A DNA stretch of 64,000 nt from Reclinomonas americana ATCC 50394. Taxonomy: Eukaryota. The notes below the pieces were generated by a model. The model was not told the origin of the DNA. It was given only the letters and a program-made list of their open reading frames with translations, and ran no database searches. Position 1 is the first letter of the stretch. Each line of letters begins with the position of its first letter. Both the position numbers and the translations under genes were made by a program. The stretch is from assembly GCA_048213135.1 (NCBI GenBank), contig PS015015.1:158925-222924 (forward strand), given 5' to 3'. This document shows positions 18,253 through 31,788 of this stretch, piece by piece.

Positions 18253-20932
18253 TCACGGGGCATCAAAGTCCACGTGGCGATAGTTTGGATCCAGCACTTG
18301 AATGCGGAAACCGTTGTCCACGACACCCTTCGCGTGCTGCAAGTCCACATTGCCGGCGTTGGCCTGCAGAGAGGTCAGTAAATCAACAGTGCATGCTAGA
18401 AGCGAGTTGCACCTAAGTCTCATACCAGTTGCAGCACGGCCAAAAAGGTGCGCGCCACCTCAAATCGTGGTGGTGGTCGCTCGTCTTCGTCGCTCCGTAC
18501 CGCCTCGGCAAAACCAACACCGCGCTCTGCGAACAGGCGTCAGTCAGTCGATCGCGAGAGTACGCCGTGCGTATAAAGTGCTCGCACTCAACTCTCTGCG
18601 CCCTTGCCAGACAGTGTGCCGAGCACGCGTGAGCCGTACTGCTCAATGGCGAATGGATCGTGCGTCTCCTCCTCGTCAATCCGCTCCCGAATGTAGCGCT
18701 GCCAGCTGTTTACCCGCTGCGTCAGCTGCGTTTCCACGGCGTACTTTTCGGCCTCGGACATGTATGCGGCCTGCGACAGCCAATAAAGTGAGCACAATAG
18801 AGTGCACATTTTCCACCCGTGCACGACACGCAACGACATGCTTGCGACATAGTTGCTCGTATGTGATGCTGCCCATGTCGCCCATGTCATCGTGGCCACT
18901 TCCGTGCAATTGTTGCCATGCTCGAGCACGTCCCATCTGCCAGCAACACATTCAGATACTGTGGTCTTGCTTCCTGTTCATCTGTGTGCACACACGCACC
19001 GACTGCGATCCTGCCTCGTCCATCTGGAATTCGGCATCCCAGTCCTCAAATCCCGACGCTCCCCCACTCTGCTTCTCCAAATCGCCCGCGGCCGCGCCTG
19101 CTGCCTTCTCACCCCAGTACACCTCTGCTGCATCCATATCACCACCGCCACCACCATAGTCGTAATCGTCCACGTCGTCGTACTCATCGTCGTCGTCAAA
19201 GTCGGACTGCGCCACAATCACACCAAATGGATTGACGCCAGCATTCTCCTTGCCACCCTGTTTTTTGTCCCACGTCATAAGCACTGGCGACAAACATATG
19301 CACGCTGGAGAAGTGAACAAAACCTGGACGATTCGCATCTGTGGTCGCCGAAGCTGCTTCCACGCCGTATTCCTCCGCTTCCGTTCCCTCGTCCACCACT
19401 CGGTCGGCAAATTCAGCACCTGGGAAAATGCGGGTGAGCTTGCGCGGCGCACGAACGAGAAAGACTGTCGTGCGAGTGCGCAACATTGGAATACAACGGG
19501 AGGCCCTTGCCCGAATTGCTGGTGACACTCATCACCGCCGCATGGGCCTTTTGCAGCTCACGCAGTGGGTTCACGTTGACGGCGGAGATGCCCACAATCG
19601 ACGCCACAGCAATCGCCGGTGTTACAGTGGGAATTCGTGTGGTGCTCTTCTTGCCCAGTGGCTTCTCCGGCAGCGCCCCATCCTCCAAGCTATCACACAA
19701 CACCACTTCGTCAGTGACTCAGCGCGTGCATCGTCGCTCTACAAACACACACACCTGTGCGGATCCAGTGGAGCCAGCACATCGATTTGCTCCTCCTCTG
19801 GCTCCTGCTTCCACGGCACCTCCATCATGGCCGGCATCTGCGCCAGCACTGGTGCACCGCCCGCTCGCTCGTCCACCTGGCTGGATGGCAACGCGGCATC
19901 CTCCTCTGCGAAACCGGCTTCCGGATAGTGATCGTCGTCGTCGTCGTCGTCATGATCGGGATAGTCGTCATCGTCGTCGTCGCTGCCGTCACGCGCCGCC
20001 GCCATTTCACCGGGCGCCACCGGTCGTGGCACGTTGCCGAGAAGTCGCGGGAAGAAGAGACCCATATCCGAAGGGTCGATCAGCAGCGCACCGCTCTCGT
20101 GCATGGTTGACGAGCGCACGCGCAGTCCATTCGAACCCGGGGACAAACTGCCGCCCGCATCGTTGCCCTGCGTGTGGTGATCAGCTCATGCGCGGGTCAT
20201 AGCACCCAGTCACCACACGCCTTCACCTCTCGCAAAATTGCCACAGAGCTCGGTGTCACACTCCCAATGCCAGCCTCCGACGCCGTGCGCTTGCGTGACG
20301 CCAAGATCGATGAAGCGCGAAGACTAATGGCCGCGTCGGTGCTCACTGGAATGTCGTCCAGTGGCAGAAACGCTACCTCGCCTGCGTGCGCAAGTTCGGC
20401 GTCATCCGCCTCGTCGGCCTCTCCTTCTCCATCACCACCTTTTCGCTGCCTGCTCGTATGCGAATGAGGGCGAGAGGTGATCTACATAACAACACAAAAA
20501 GACACTCACCGCTGATTGACCAAGAAGCTGAGCGTGCGGTTGACCAGCTGGTACAACGACTCGATCTTCTTCGAGAGCGCCAGTGTGGAGCCCTGAATGA
20601 GCAGAGCGGCTGCGCGAAATGCATCATCAACATCATCATCATCAACACACGGTATCCCTCTCTCTCGCACACACACCTTCCGCAAAGTTGATCTTTGTCA
20701 GTCCACCATCGAACGACACCACCACATGAGACAGCTCCTCGAGGTACTCCTCGAGTTGTGCGGCCACGTCGACCTTCCACGAGTCGGCCAACTCACTGAC
20801 GATGTGATCGAATGAGTGATCGATGAGAGATCTCACTCCCAACCACCAACACACTCACCGCAGTGGTTTGAGCAGCTCGGCAAACCGATGCTGCTGGCTC
20901 TGCTGTGATGAGGAGCCACCTTCGTCGTCCAT
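18253..20932 (-). CDS. NCAPH2: Condensin II kleisin subunit CAP-H2
   Basis: N-domain [50 protein letters not shown]-domain [41 protein letters not shown]. Confidence 0.92.
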
Positions 20933-21020
20933 TGCTCTCTCTTCTTTCTCTCTCTCCCGCCGCACAATCGTAACGGTCAAATTTCTCGCGGATCGATGAA
21001 CTGCGAGACTCAAAAACGCG

Positions 21021-23246
21021 ATGTCTGAGGCAGCCGCTGCGACCGACGGAGATGGGGGCAGTCGCGGACCGCGGCATGCACCCATCAAAGAGCTGATTCA
21101 GCGACGATGGTCACAGCGTCGACAGAAGCGGCAGAGTGATTTTCTGCTGCGCCAAGAATCGGTTCCGTGTGCAGCTGGCCCCTCTCTCCCTCTCCCTCCT
21201 CTCTCTCTCTCTCTTTCTGTTGTGATCTCACATCCTTCGTTCTTTGTGTGAATGAACAGCTGCGTGCAGCCAAGCTGGCCACTCTGCGACTGGATTACGG
21301 GTCGGAGTCGGAGGCTGAGAATGACGACGACGACGACGACGACGACGATCGTGGAGGCGCGGGGCGTCGTCGCGGAGGAGGTTTCGTGTGGCATTCTATC
21401 CTCTGATCCTCATCCGTCCTCTCATCAGTGGTCTCCCTCCCGCAGGTCGTCGCCGAGGTGGTGGTGGAGGTGGAGGGCGGCGACACGCCAAGGTCTGCAT
21501 GCGGTGCCATGTGTTGTCTCGCTTGTTTGTCTCACGTTGAGAGGGATGCAGGCCGCGGAAGAGGAGGGATGGATGGAGGTCGCTGCGGAGGCAGAGGCGG
21601 AGGAGGAGGCTGAGGCACCGCCTCGGGCTCGTCGTCGTGATCGGGAGCCCTTCATGTTGCCCGAGTGGCTCATCACGCCGCCGTCGGACCTGTGCAGCAG
21701 CCTGTCGTGGTTTGTGCTAATGCGACCCGAGGGGACTCGTTGTTTTGTCACTGCGCGAGGTGGACGCACCGTGTCGCGCAAGAAAGACGGTGCGCGCGCG
21801 CGTGTGTCAGTCAGACTGGGGATGTTGCTTGTGGGGGTGACTGACATGTCCCCCCTCTAGGTCGTGTGTTGCATCGCTTCCGGAGCAACTTGCCGGGTGG
21901 TGGGGGCGGTCCGATACCGCTGCCTGGCCGACCGCTGCCACTCAATCTCCAGTCGCTGCGCTTCTCGTCGTCGCCGACGGTTCTCGACTGTGTCTTTTGT
22001 CCGCACACCAATCAGTATCTGGTGCTCGATGTGTTGACGTGGCGCGGCATGGAGGTGCACCAGTCGCCCTGTCAGTTCCGTTTTGCGTGGATGCAGAGTC
22101 ACTTGGAGGATTTTTGGGCCGAGAATGCGACGGGAATGCCGCCGCCGACTACGGGTGTCGACGTGCAGTCGCCACCGAGTCGCCGCTCCCGTCGTCCGAC
22201 CATCACCTACTTTCCGGTCACACTCTTGCCACGCGCAGTCGCCACACCCGAGTCGGTGACCATGGGTTGCGTGATCTCGCTGCAATCTGTATGAACCCGC
22301 ATCGTCACCAACAAATGCTGACGCTGTTGTCGTGCAGCCTACACGGAGCAAGACTGTGGCTTTGTCAAGGACGGCCTGCTCTTCTACCACCGCTATGGCG
22401 TGTACACCGACGGCACCTCTCCACTGGTGCTGCTGTGGAAGGATCCGGCCACGTGCAGCTACTTTGACTCGGTTCGCCAGTCGCCGATTGTTGCGTTCGC
22501 ATTGGCTGCTTAGTTCATCTCCCTATCCCGTTCCACTCACGAACTCGTTACACGGGAGCAGGAGGCGCGTCTGCAGATTGATGCCGACCTGCTGTTGGTG
22601 ACGGGCGACCACCCGCCGGTTCCAGTGGTGCAGCTGACTGCCGAGCAATGTCCACAGTTGGCCACGCACGTTTATGAGCAAGAACAGATGCGCACGATGC
22701 AGCTCGGTGGGCGGGCGAGGCGGCGAAAGCCCAAGCCAGTGGAGCCTGGAGTGTTTTTGCGAGTCGGTATCGATGCAGCACTGGTGGCCGAGGCGGCGAC
22801 AGCCATGGGCGCAACCGCAGGCGATGCACCACCGGCGGCATGCATCGCTGCCGAGGCTCTCGTGTACGACAGCATACCGCAGGACCAAAAGTCGTTCCCC
22901 GACAGGTACGCCTCGTCACCACCGCGCACAAGGGGAGTGAGACGTATTCTCTCTCCCTCCTTGAACTAACACTTTCTTCGGGTGCAGCTGGAGCAAGATT
23001 GTGTTCCAGGCCATTTGCTGTGCGGGCGAAACAATACCCATTGACGAACTGGTCGCCTGCGTGGAGGCTCCACCACCGGAAGACGAGGTGGAGTGCGGCG
23101 CTCTCGCGCCGTCATGGATCGAGGCAGGGGATGCCGACGCAGGAGCGGCAGAAGAAGAATCATCGCAGATGGTGGTGAGCGGTGCCTCTGCGGCCGCTCC
23201 CCTCGACGACTACGGAGCCGGCAGTGGCTCGTGGGGTCCTACCTGA
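21021..23246 (+). CDS. SNUPN: Snurportin-1 (m3G-cap snRNP import adaptor)
   Basis: Arg-rich IBB-like N-terminus. Motifs FMLPEWL..P.G.RC..FRSNLPGG, TVLDCVF..YLVLDVLTWRG..QFRFAW and DGLLFYH..Y..GTSPL. Confidence 0.9.
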
Positions 23247-23335
23247 GTAACATCACACGTACACATACACACAATAACTCATCCTCCGTTCTGCTTCATT
23301 GCCATCCCACGTGCGCCACACTCGCACATCACGCC

Positions 23336-23962
23336 TCATTTCATCTTGGCCGACACATACGAGCCAGACTCAGGCGCCGACGCAGACGCACCAGCCACCA
23401 CAGCCGCTGCAGCAGGAGAGATGTGAGCGCCCACACACGCAACAAACACACAAGCAAGAAGGGACGCACCGGGAGCATGCAAGGGAGCATCCAAATCACT
23501 GAGATGCGACTTGATGGTCGTCACACGCCGCCGCACTCCACCCAGCGTATCCCGCACCCGCGATAGCCGCTGCCGTGTATTCGCCAGCGTCTGTGCACCC
23601 TCCACCAATCCCGGAAACTCGCAGCTCCCATCCACCGCACTCAACGCTGCGCACATCCTCAATCATCAATCACACATGCAATCACACACACACACTTCCA
23701 CCCAAACCACGCAACTGGCCAGCAAGCTCTCCACGCGCTCCATCAGATCGCCTTGCGACTTGCCCAGTGACGACAGTCGCCCATCCAGCTGGTCAGTGAT
23801 TGGCCTCAGCAGCGCCACAAAGCCCGCCGCCAGACGCGCACTCTCTCCACTGCCTCCGCTGCCACTGGCCGACTCACTGCTGGTGGCAGTGTTGCTGGCA
23901 CTGCTCTCCTCGTCACCGCTCTCGCGCTCTACTGCTGGAGGAGGAGCCTCACCTTCTGACAT
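23336..23962 (-). CDS. SNAPIN: Snapin (BLOC-1/BORC subunit)
   Basis: Three exons giving LAAGFVALLRPITDQLDGRLSSLGKSQGDLMERVESLLATL...LANTRQRLSRVRDTLGGVRRRV, which matches the snapin coiled-coil pattern. Confidence 0.8.
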
Positions 23963-24183
23963 TGTGTGTGTGTGTGTAAAAGTGAGAGTGGTGAATTTTA
24001 CGATGATTAGCGTGTTCTTTTGTTGTTTGTTGTGTTAGGCGCGTGTGCAACGACGTCCAGCGCGTCGCAGCACCGCGCGTGTTGTTATCATCATGGCTGC
24101 CGATCGTTCCAGCGAAGGTGTGTGTGTGTGTGTGTTTCAAGTTTTTGCGATGGCAATGAGGCTNNNNNNNNNNNNNNNNNNNN

Positions 24184-26193
24184 GGACGACGGCGACGGTG
24201 TTGCCGACGACAACACCGCCGACCGCCGGTCTTGTCGTGTTTTGGCCGGCGGCGACGGCGTTGGCGATGATGCTGGCGTCCGATCTCGTTGCGGCTTGCC
24301 TGGCGGCGTGGCCGCACCGTCGCTCCCGTCACCAGACACGGCAGCGTCCATGGGATCCGAGCGTCGTCGTTCGTCATTCCGGCGACCGCGTTCCTCGCTA
24401 AAATGCAGAAACCGAGCGATAAATTACCACACATGCACACATGAGACGAATCGGAATGTGCAATCAGAATGCAAGTACTAACGAGAAAGGAGCAAAGGAG
24501 AAGAGAAGAGCCAAGCGGGTACGCAAGACAGCAGTGGCAGTGACACCAGCAAGCACGCCGAAAGCACGAACCCGATATCCATGGGCTGGTAATCACGCGG
24601 TGAGGTCGCGCCGGCAGCACCGGAATTTGCCGATCGTCTGGCCTCCTCCAGCCTGATGCGAACGTGCTCTGGCAGACATGCGTCGAAGAAACCAAGTAGG
24701 TGGCGAGAGAGGCGTTCGCGAGCAGCCACGATTTCTCCCGCTGGCACAGGGTGCACCATGAACTGCATCTGGCGATCAGGCAGGACAGTGCCCTTGCACT
24801 GCTCCTGTGGAGGGGAGAGAGGCTGGCGGTTCAGCAAGACACACTCTCGCTCCACTCTCTCTCTCTCTCACACACACACACGACTCCATTTTCTTGTGGC
24901 ATCAACGCAACAATCTGCGATTCACGAATCCCCTCGGGAATGGGGGCCGTGAAGCAAGCAATGAGCAAGTCACCCGCCTCCGTCGACTCGACCAGCGTCG
25001 AGAACTCGTATCTCTACATCAGTCACAACGAGAACAACAAGTCAGAACCGCGGCTGCTCACGCTCCCACGAGGAGAATGACGCACGGATGGTCGTGGATA
25101 TAACAGACGACACAATGCCAGTACTTGGGCCGTGTTCACCTCCCTGTCGACAGCAATGTAATCGGCAGGTACTGCTGCTGTGTACATACACTACGTTAAT
25201 TCCACTCGCTTGCTTGCTTCGAGAACAACAACAGAGNNNNNNNNNNNNNNNNNNNNNNNNNNNNNNNNNNNNNNNNNNNNNNNNNNNNNNNNNNNNNNNN
25301 NNNNNNNNNNNNNNNNNNNNNNNNNNNNNNNNNNNNNNNNNNNNNNNNNNNNNNNNNNNNNNNNNNNNNNNNNNNNNNNNNNNNGCATCGCCACCACTGG
25401 CAGGCAACTGCGCGATTGCGGTGGACGACGACAATGACGATTGCGAAGACGGTGGCCGGCCAGCCGACGATGCAGCTGTTGCCGGCGCAATGTCATCACG
25501 ATCGGCGACAGCCTTCTTGTCCGGCTCATTCGACTGCGTACCAGACGCTGGCGGTGGCTGAGGCGGTCGTGCACTGCCGCTGAACTTGGACACGCGCTTG
25601 CCGTCTCCACCCGCACCTCCGCCATCGCCACCACCACCACCACCATTGTACGCGCGGGCGTGTGGTGGCGTGCTTGGCGGTGTGCGGGCAACGTCGACCG
25701 CACTGCCGCCGTCTGCCGGACTCGGCAATCGGCGGACAGGGCGCGGCACCGACAGTAATGTCGTCGACGCCTGCATCTCCGTATCGTCAGGCTCACTGTG
25801 GGCGTCGAGTGCCGGATACATGTGCTGGTCGGACGAGTCGCCGGGGCTGTCGTGCCTCGAGACCGGTGACGCCGGCGCTGACTGCGTCATCGACTCGGAC
25901 CCACCGCCTGATCCCGCACCGTCGTCGTCGTCGCCGTCGTCGCCGTCGCTCTCGAGTAGCACATCGAGCAGCGGGTCTGAGTGCCCCCCCGGCCGCATGC
26001 TGGCCGGCTGCGCACCAGGCATCGGCACTGGAACAGGCAGCACTGGTGCCAACGGCACAGGCAGAACCGGTGTCAGTCTCATCGGCAGCACAGGTGCTGA
26101 TGGTGCCGGCGGTGCCGCCGGCGGTGGTGCTTGTGGCGATGGTTCCGACGGTGCTGGTAGCGACAGTGATGATTTCCGATCTTGCCGGGACTT
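24184..26193 (-). CDS. Hypothetical protein fragment(s): Pro/Ser/Gly-rich region plus a small spliced globular segment
   Basis: Long open low-complexity frame 25385-26193. Spliceable exons EVNTAQVLALCRLLYPRPS/RYEFSTLVES..RESQI/EQCKGTVLPDRQMQF..MDIG/EERGRRN... Bounded and interrupted by gaps, with no family recognised. Confidence 0.45.
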
Positions 26194-26213
26194 NNNNNNN
26201 NNNNNNNNNNNNN

Positions 26214-28303
26214 CGCGCCTCATCGGTCTCCGGAACGACTTCCACCTCCAGGATCGGTGCCGACAGCGTCGGCGGGAAGGCGCGAACGCTGCCGAATTCA
26301 CGCTGCAGCATGCGGAAGCAGAGCGGATGCAGGAACACCGACTGCCCATCCGAGGCTACGTGCGGCACGGCACACACACCGATGAGACGCGGACACTGTC
26401 ACCTTCACCTCGAGAAAGAGAAACTCACCCTGGTAAAAGAAGAAAAAGTCCTCGCTGACATCAGAGTGGTGCGGGAAGTCGTGATACGACTGTGATGGGT
26501 CAAATGAACGATCGTCATCTTCGTCGTCGTCGCCTTCGATGCCATTGCCACCTCCATCACCGCCGGCTGGAGCGCGTGTCGATGTGGACGTGTCGACGGG
26601 TGCGCTGGCACTGCGGCCAAACGCGGAAGCGCCGAGTGCAGGCTTGCTGCCCCGTGGTGGCGACGGAGTTTTCGGCAAGCGACGCTCCGACCAGGCCACT
26701 GCACGGTCCTGCAACTGCACTTGCGCCATCGTGATGAACTGGCGGTACATGTCGTCAGCACCGTCGGCCAGCGCGACCTACGAAAACGACGAAGCCAATC
26801 AGCGTCTGTTGTTGCCCCCACCAGTCGATGAGCAGCAGACCTCTTCGAGAGTGCGCAGCTGCGTCTGCTCTCGGTCCAAAATGTGCGAGATGCCGGCAAT
26901 GCCGGTGGTGTACACCACACGACAGAAGCGTGCGTTATCGTCGAGGCACGAAAGCAAAGTCTCGCGGTAGGCACCCATTGGCGTCAGCGGTGGGATGGGC
27001 GTGGTGTTGCGTCGCACCACGTTGCTGCCACGCAGGCGACGGCACAGCGCAAAGTGACCCACGTCGCCAGCACTCAGCAGCGACGCAGGCGTGATGGAGA
27101 CGCTCTTCAAAGCGCGCGCCTGCACCATTTCGTACACGCACACTGGGCACTTGCGGAAGCCATTGCAGGTGGCCTGCGCACGGGTCAGCACGGGAGGAGG
27201 AGGAGGAGGAGGAGAGGAGGGAGAGGACCACACACGTGGTCGACGAAACATCGTGCTCGCACAGATACCGCAGAATGCAAGTCATGCAGAATACGTGACC
27301 GCACTTGGTCATTTTCCTGCGCACGCGATAACTGTTGGCACTTCCCCACAATGGCATGGCATGCACGAGTGCTTCACGCAACGGGACAGTGCATTGCTCG
27401 AGGCAAATGGGGCACTGGTGGTGCACCCACTCCGGATCAATGGTGCACACTTCCTCCACGTCCTCCCAGTGCACGCGCTGCTGGTTATCGTGAATGTGTC
27501 TCGAGTAGTCACCCGACGACACCACGAAACGGAAGCTGAAGACACACGCGAGGAGTGAGTGCGCGCACACACACACACACGACGGCACACACACACAAGC
27601 TCGCCACTCAACTTGGCGAGAATGAACCGATCCCGTCGACCGGGGTCGGCGGCAGCACCGAGACGCGAGGTAAAGTACCGCCGTGCGGGTTGTCCGCCGC
27701 GACTGCCAGGCTGCAGAATGCGACCGGCGCGGGCCTGCGTGGTCGTGGCCGTGGTGAAGCTCAGCAAGTGATTGGCTGACCGAGTGACGCGCTTCATCGC
27801 CTGCATGGAGACACAAACGTGAGAGCATGCACTCGGGAGCGACGACGACGACGACGACGCAGACGATACCTTCATGTCGCCACTCTTGCCAGCGTGCAGA
27901 TGCGAGAGATCGCTTTCCAGCAGATCCTCTGCATCATTGCTCTCTTCCCAATCGTCGTCGCACTCCGCCCAATGCGCAGCCGCCTACGCACAAGCTTGTC
28001 AGCGGCGCAGAGAGAGAAGAGAGGAGAAGGAGGAGAGCGACGCACCGATTGCGCCAATCGCACCATGGTCTCCTCCTCGGTCTCTTCTTCTTCGTCTTCG
28101 TCGCCATCGTCGACGCCATCGTCTTCTTCAAAATGCTCCACATCACCATCGCTGTCGACGGTGGCGTAGGGACTGGCGGCGGCATCGGCATGCGACGATG
28201 AGCTCACAGAGAGCGAGTGAGCAAACTCAGGCGGCGGCAGTGGGACGTTTGCGCCCTCCACCTCGTCCGTGATACTCGAAGCGGTGATCGCCCTGGATGA
28301 CAT
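26214..28303 (-). CDS. RNF10: RING E3 ligase RNF10/Mag2 (3' end lost in gap)
   Basis: SANHLLSF, FILANFRFVV, WEDVEEV, RING CPICLEQCTVPKMTKCGHVFCMTCILRYL..RKCPVC, and FFFYQ..DGQSVFLHPL. Confidence 0.9.
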
Positions 28304-28884
28304 GCGCTGCGCAGGAGCACGGAGTCAGGCAAACACACACACGCACAGAGAGAGACATGTCCCCGCGCAAGCAAACCTAAGTTGACGCGTTGTAGTTGCT
28401 GTTGTTGATGGTGTGATAGAGGCGAGGGTGCCGCAGCAGGCAGTGGTCGACTCTTCTTTCTGACGCGAAGAAGCGGAGTTGTTGTTGATGTTGTTGTTGT
28501 TGTTGTGCAGCAGCAGTTGCAGCAGTGTAGTTGTGGTTGTGGTTGACAGTCGATGTGTATGTGTGTTGTGTGGGGTGTGTTTCTCATGTGAGGCACTGTT
28601 GTTGATGTTGGTCTTGGAGGGAGGAAGGAGAGTGTGGGGGGGAAAAGGGGGTTTCTTGTGTGTGTGTTGCGTGTGAGAATGCAAGGTTTAGAACGACATG
28701 ATTACGAGGGAACGACCAGGGAGACTAATGAGCGAGAGAGGGGGTGGATGTGCGATGAGTGGATTGTGTAAAAGAGGAGGGTGGAGTGGAGGAGGTGAGC
28801 GCGTGGTCCCGATTAAGCTTCAGAGAAAGGAGCAAGCGGAAATTTTGCAGTACGCTTTTTTTGGCGCGAAAAGTTACACCAAGA

Positions 28885-31713
28885 ATGCTTCCCAACGCGC
28901 GGGTAAAGCAGCTGCGACAGGCGATCAGCGAGCTGCTGGACTCGCGAGGTACACGCTCACAGTGCCACATAGGAGATCGCTTCTTTCGCTCACTCTCTCT
29001 CTTACAAAAGGTCTGTGGGATCCACTGCGCGATCTGATCGTGCGTCACGCGCCTGCGATTCTCGGCACACCGCCGCTCGCTGGTGCCGAGGCCGTCAGTG
29101 CATCGCCGTTGACTGAGAAGGGTGCGGTGTGAGTGGGGGCAAGCGATGAGGTGATCGGTCACTGATCGTAAACGCAGAGGTGTTGGAGCGAGTGATTGGA
29201 TCGTTGCAGACCGAGACGCAGTGGTTGACGCGACAGTGGCCCAGTGATGTGTCGCGGCAGCCGGAGGACGCCGAAGTACATGCTGCTGCTGCTCGTTGCG
29301 CTGAGCGATTGACGCTTCGTCGTCGTATGTGTTCTCACGATCGTATGTGTGGGGCGACGCAGCGTACGTGGCGGCTCGGGCGGGCACTGCTGGCGTGCTG
29401 AGTGGCGGACCGCTGGCGCCCCCGCAGAGCCCCAATGCGTGGTACTTGCATTTCCGGCTGGAGGGCGGCTGTGCGTTTGTCGATCTGCTGGCGGCGCAGG
29501 GTGATTCGGGATCGACCACACCCGATCAGTTTGTGCTCAGCGTGCAGTGCGGTGACACGGGTGAGCACACGATCGTGGAGGCGGTGCCGTTGGATGTGGA
29601 GCCGGCGTTCGCCGGGCACCTGGTGTTCCAGGTGCCCACGGTGGGACTGACGCCGCCGACAGCCGATGCATTGATCCAGAGGCCACGCGAGTTGTACTTG
29701 GTGCTGTTGCGACGGTCGGGTCGCTCTGGTCGCCTCTCGTTTGCGGCGTGTGCGCGGTACGACTGGCGCAAGGTATGCATGGCTAAGAGGGAGGTGACGA
29801 ATCGGTGTTCGTGCGTTGAGCTGAACGGCATGACATGCAGGTGGCGTGTGGTGGTTCGGTGCGAGTGGCGATTGAGTTGTCGCAGTCGTATGGTGTGATC
29901 AATGCACGACTGGAGGCGCTCCCTCAAGCGCTGCCGTCGTACATTTCAGCCGATGTGTTGCACCAAAAGGTGACGAGTGCTGCGGCAAGAGGGTGGTTTG
30001 CTGGCACTGATTATCTTCTGTGCATGCAGATGGTGGACGAGGCCGACGCCATGGCAGCAGTCGAGGCCGAGGTACGCGCCTACGCCGCGCAGTGGGTACG
30101 CGAGTTTCGCCAGACGCGATCCGAGAATGCGGTTTGTGTTGCTTGCTACGTGGGTGATGATCTTTGTTGAGACTGACACACGCGAGCGACAGTCGCGCTC
30201 CATGCGTTTCTTCGCCACTAACGAGGCCGGCGAACACCGACCACTGATCGCGTTTGTGAATCCACTACAGGCCGATCGGTGCGCGACGAATGAATGTGTG
30301 CTGCCAGTCTCTCCTCTTGTCGCTAATCTCGTGATTTCTGCAGTATGCTGGACTCGCCTCAGCATGCGGCTCGATTCGTGAGTCTCATTCCGTTTGAGCG
30401 AGAGGACGCAGCAGCGGGCGACGACGGCAGTATGGATGTGTGGCACTCGCTGCAGACGTTCTTGTGTCGGAAGCGAGGTCAGTGTGTTCGCGTGCACAGC
30501 CCCACATCCGTCCGCGGCACTCACATTGCGGTCGCAGGCGGCGTGGACTCGCATGCACTGCTGTTGTGCTCGCTGCTGCTGGGATTCGGGCTGGACGCCT
30601 ACTGCTGTGTGGGCACCGTTGCTGGTGGGCGGCGGCACACTTGGGTGCTCACGCGCGCCAGCAACGGTCGCATCACCATGTGGGAGAGCCTGACGGGTGT
30701 GCGGTATCCGCTGGGCACGTCGCAGCACAATTTTGAGGATGTCTTTGTGCGTCATACCTTGCTTCCGCTCGTCACCACACCGACAGCGTGTTGACATTCG
30801 ATGTTCTGCGTGCAGACTTTGTTCAATCACGCGGTGATCTTGGCCAACATTCAGCCGCGCACTGTTGCGTACGCACACCGTGTCCTTGCATTCATCCGTG
30901 TGACCGACGCTCGGGCACAGTTGGTGAGCGAGTTGGACTGGGACCTGTACAACGAGGCGGCATGGAAGCGCACAAATGCCGATCTAATGTCTCGTGTGCG
31001 CCACGAGCCACTGGTGCGACTGCGAGCGTCGACGCTGGATGTGGCGCAAGAGGAGCGCGTGTTGGAGACGGAACTGCGCAAGTCGATCGGCGACTATCGC
31101 GATCAGGAGGGGGTGCGATCCATTATAACTCGCCCGGCGTCGGTGCTGCGCTGCTGACATACGCTGCGTGTTGTCTCGGCAGTTGTCGGTGGTGTGGGAC
31201 GACAGCCTGTCATACATGTTGGCTCCGGCCCTGGTCAGCTACGAGGCCGAGCTGACCCTGCAGCACCCCTCTGCCGCCCCGCTGCTCGGATCCGCCGACT
31301 TTGCCGAGGCGCTCACACACTCGGTGCCACAGCACCACGCGTTCAAGGTGCGGTGTACACGCCGCACAATCACAACCATCAAGAAGAAAGAAAGCGCTCA
31401 CCCGCATGGACACAGGGCTACCCAACCGTCTCGCAACACCGTTCTGCCGCACGCATCCTCGCCTCCATGCTGAAGAACGACGCATGCAGCGCCATCCTCA
31501 ACACCACGGGCGACACAGTGCGCTTTGCGCTGCGCTGCAAAGTCTTCCCCTATCCCGACGACACGTTGCGTCCGTCGAACACCTCCGCGCAGTCTCCCCC
31601 CCTCGCCTCACCGAGACACACGCCCGCACTACAGAGTGGCCGTATGGACCATGCTGGCCGTGCGCTACCAAACGCACTCCACGAGCGCCGCAGGAGGAAG
31701 CAAGAGCATGTAA
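28885..31713 (+). CDS. CEP76: Centrosomal protein CEP76-like (C2 + transglutaminase-like)
   Basis: MLPNARVKQLRQAISELL, YLHFRLEGGCAFVD, DWRKV, HAARFVSLIPF, HALLLCSLLLGFGLDAYCCVG..H.WV..WESLTG, LFNH..ANIQ, and FALRCKVFPYPD..AVWTMLA. Confidence 0.88.
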
Positions 31714-31788
31714 AAAAACACCAGATCATGTCTTCCAACGAGGCGTCACATTCACAATTCTCTCGCCACACTCACACGCGTACATGCA

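Noticed and set aside
25042-28303. RNF10 with a very long Pro/Gly-rich C-terminal extension
   Set aside because: Continuity depends on gap 26194-26213, and the conserved RNF10 segment expected right after the gap is absent.
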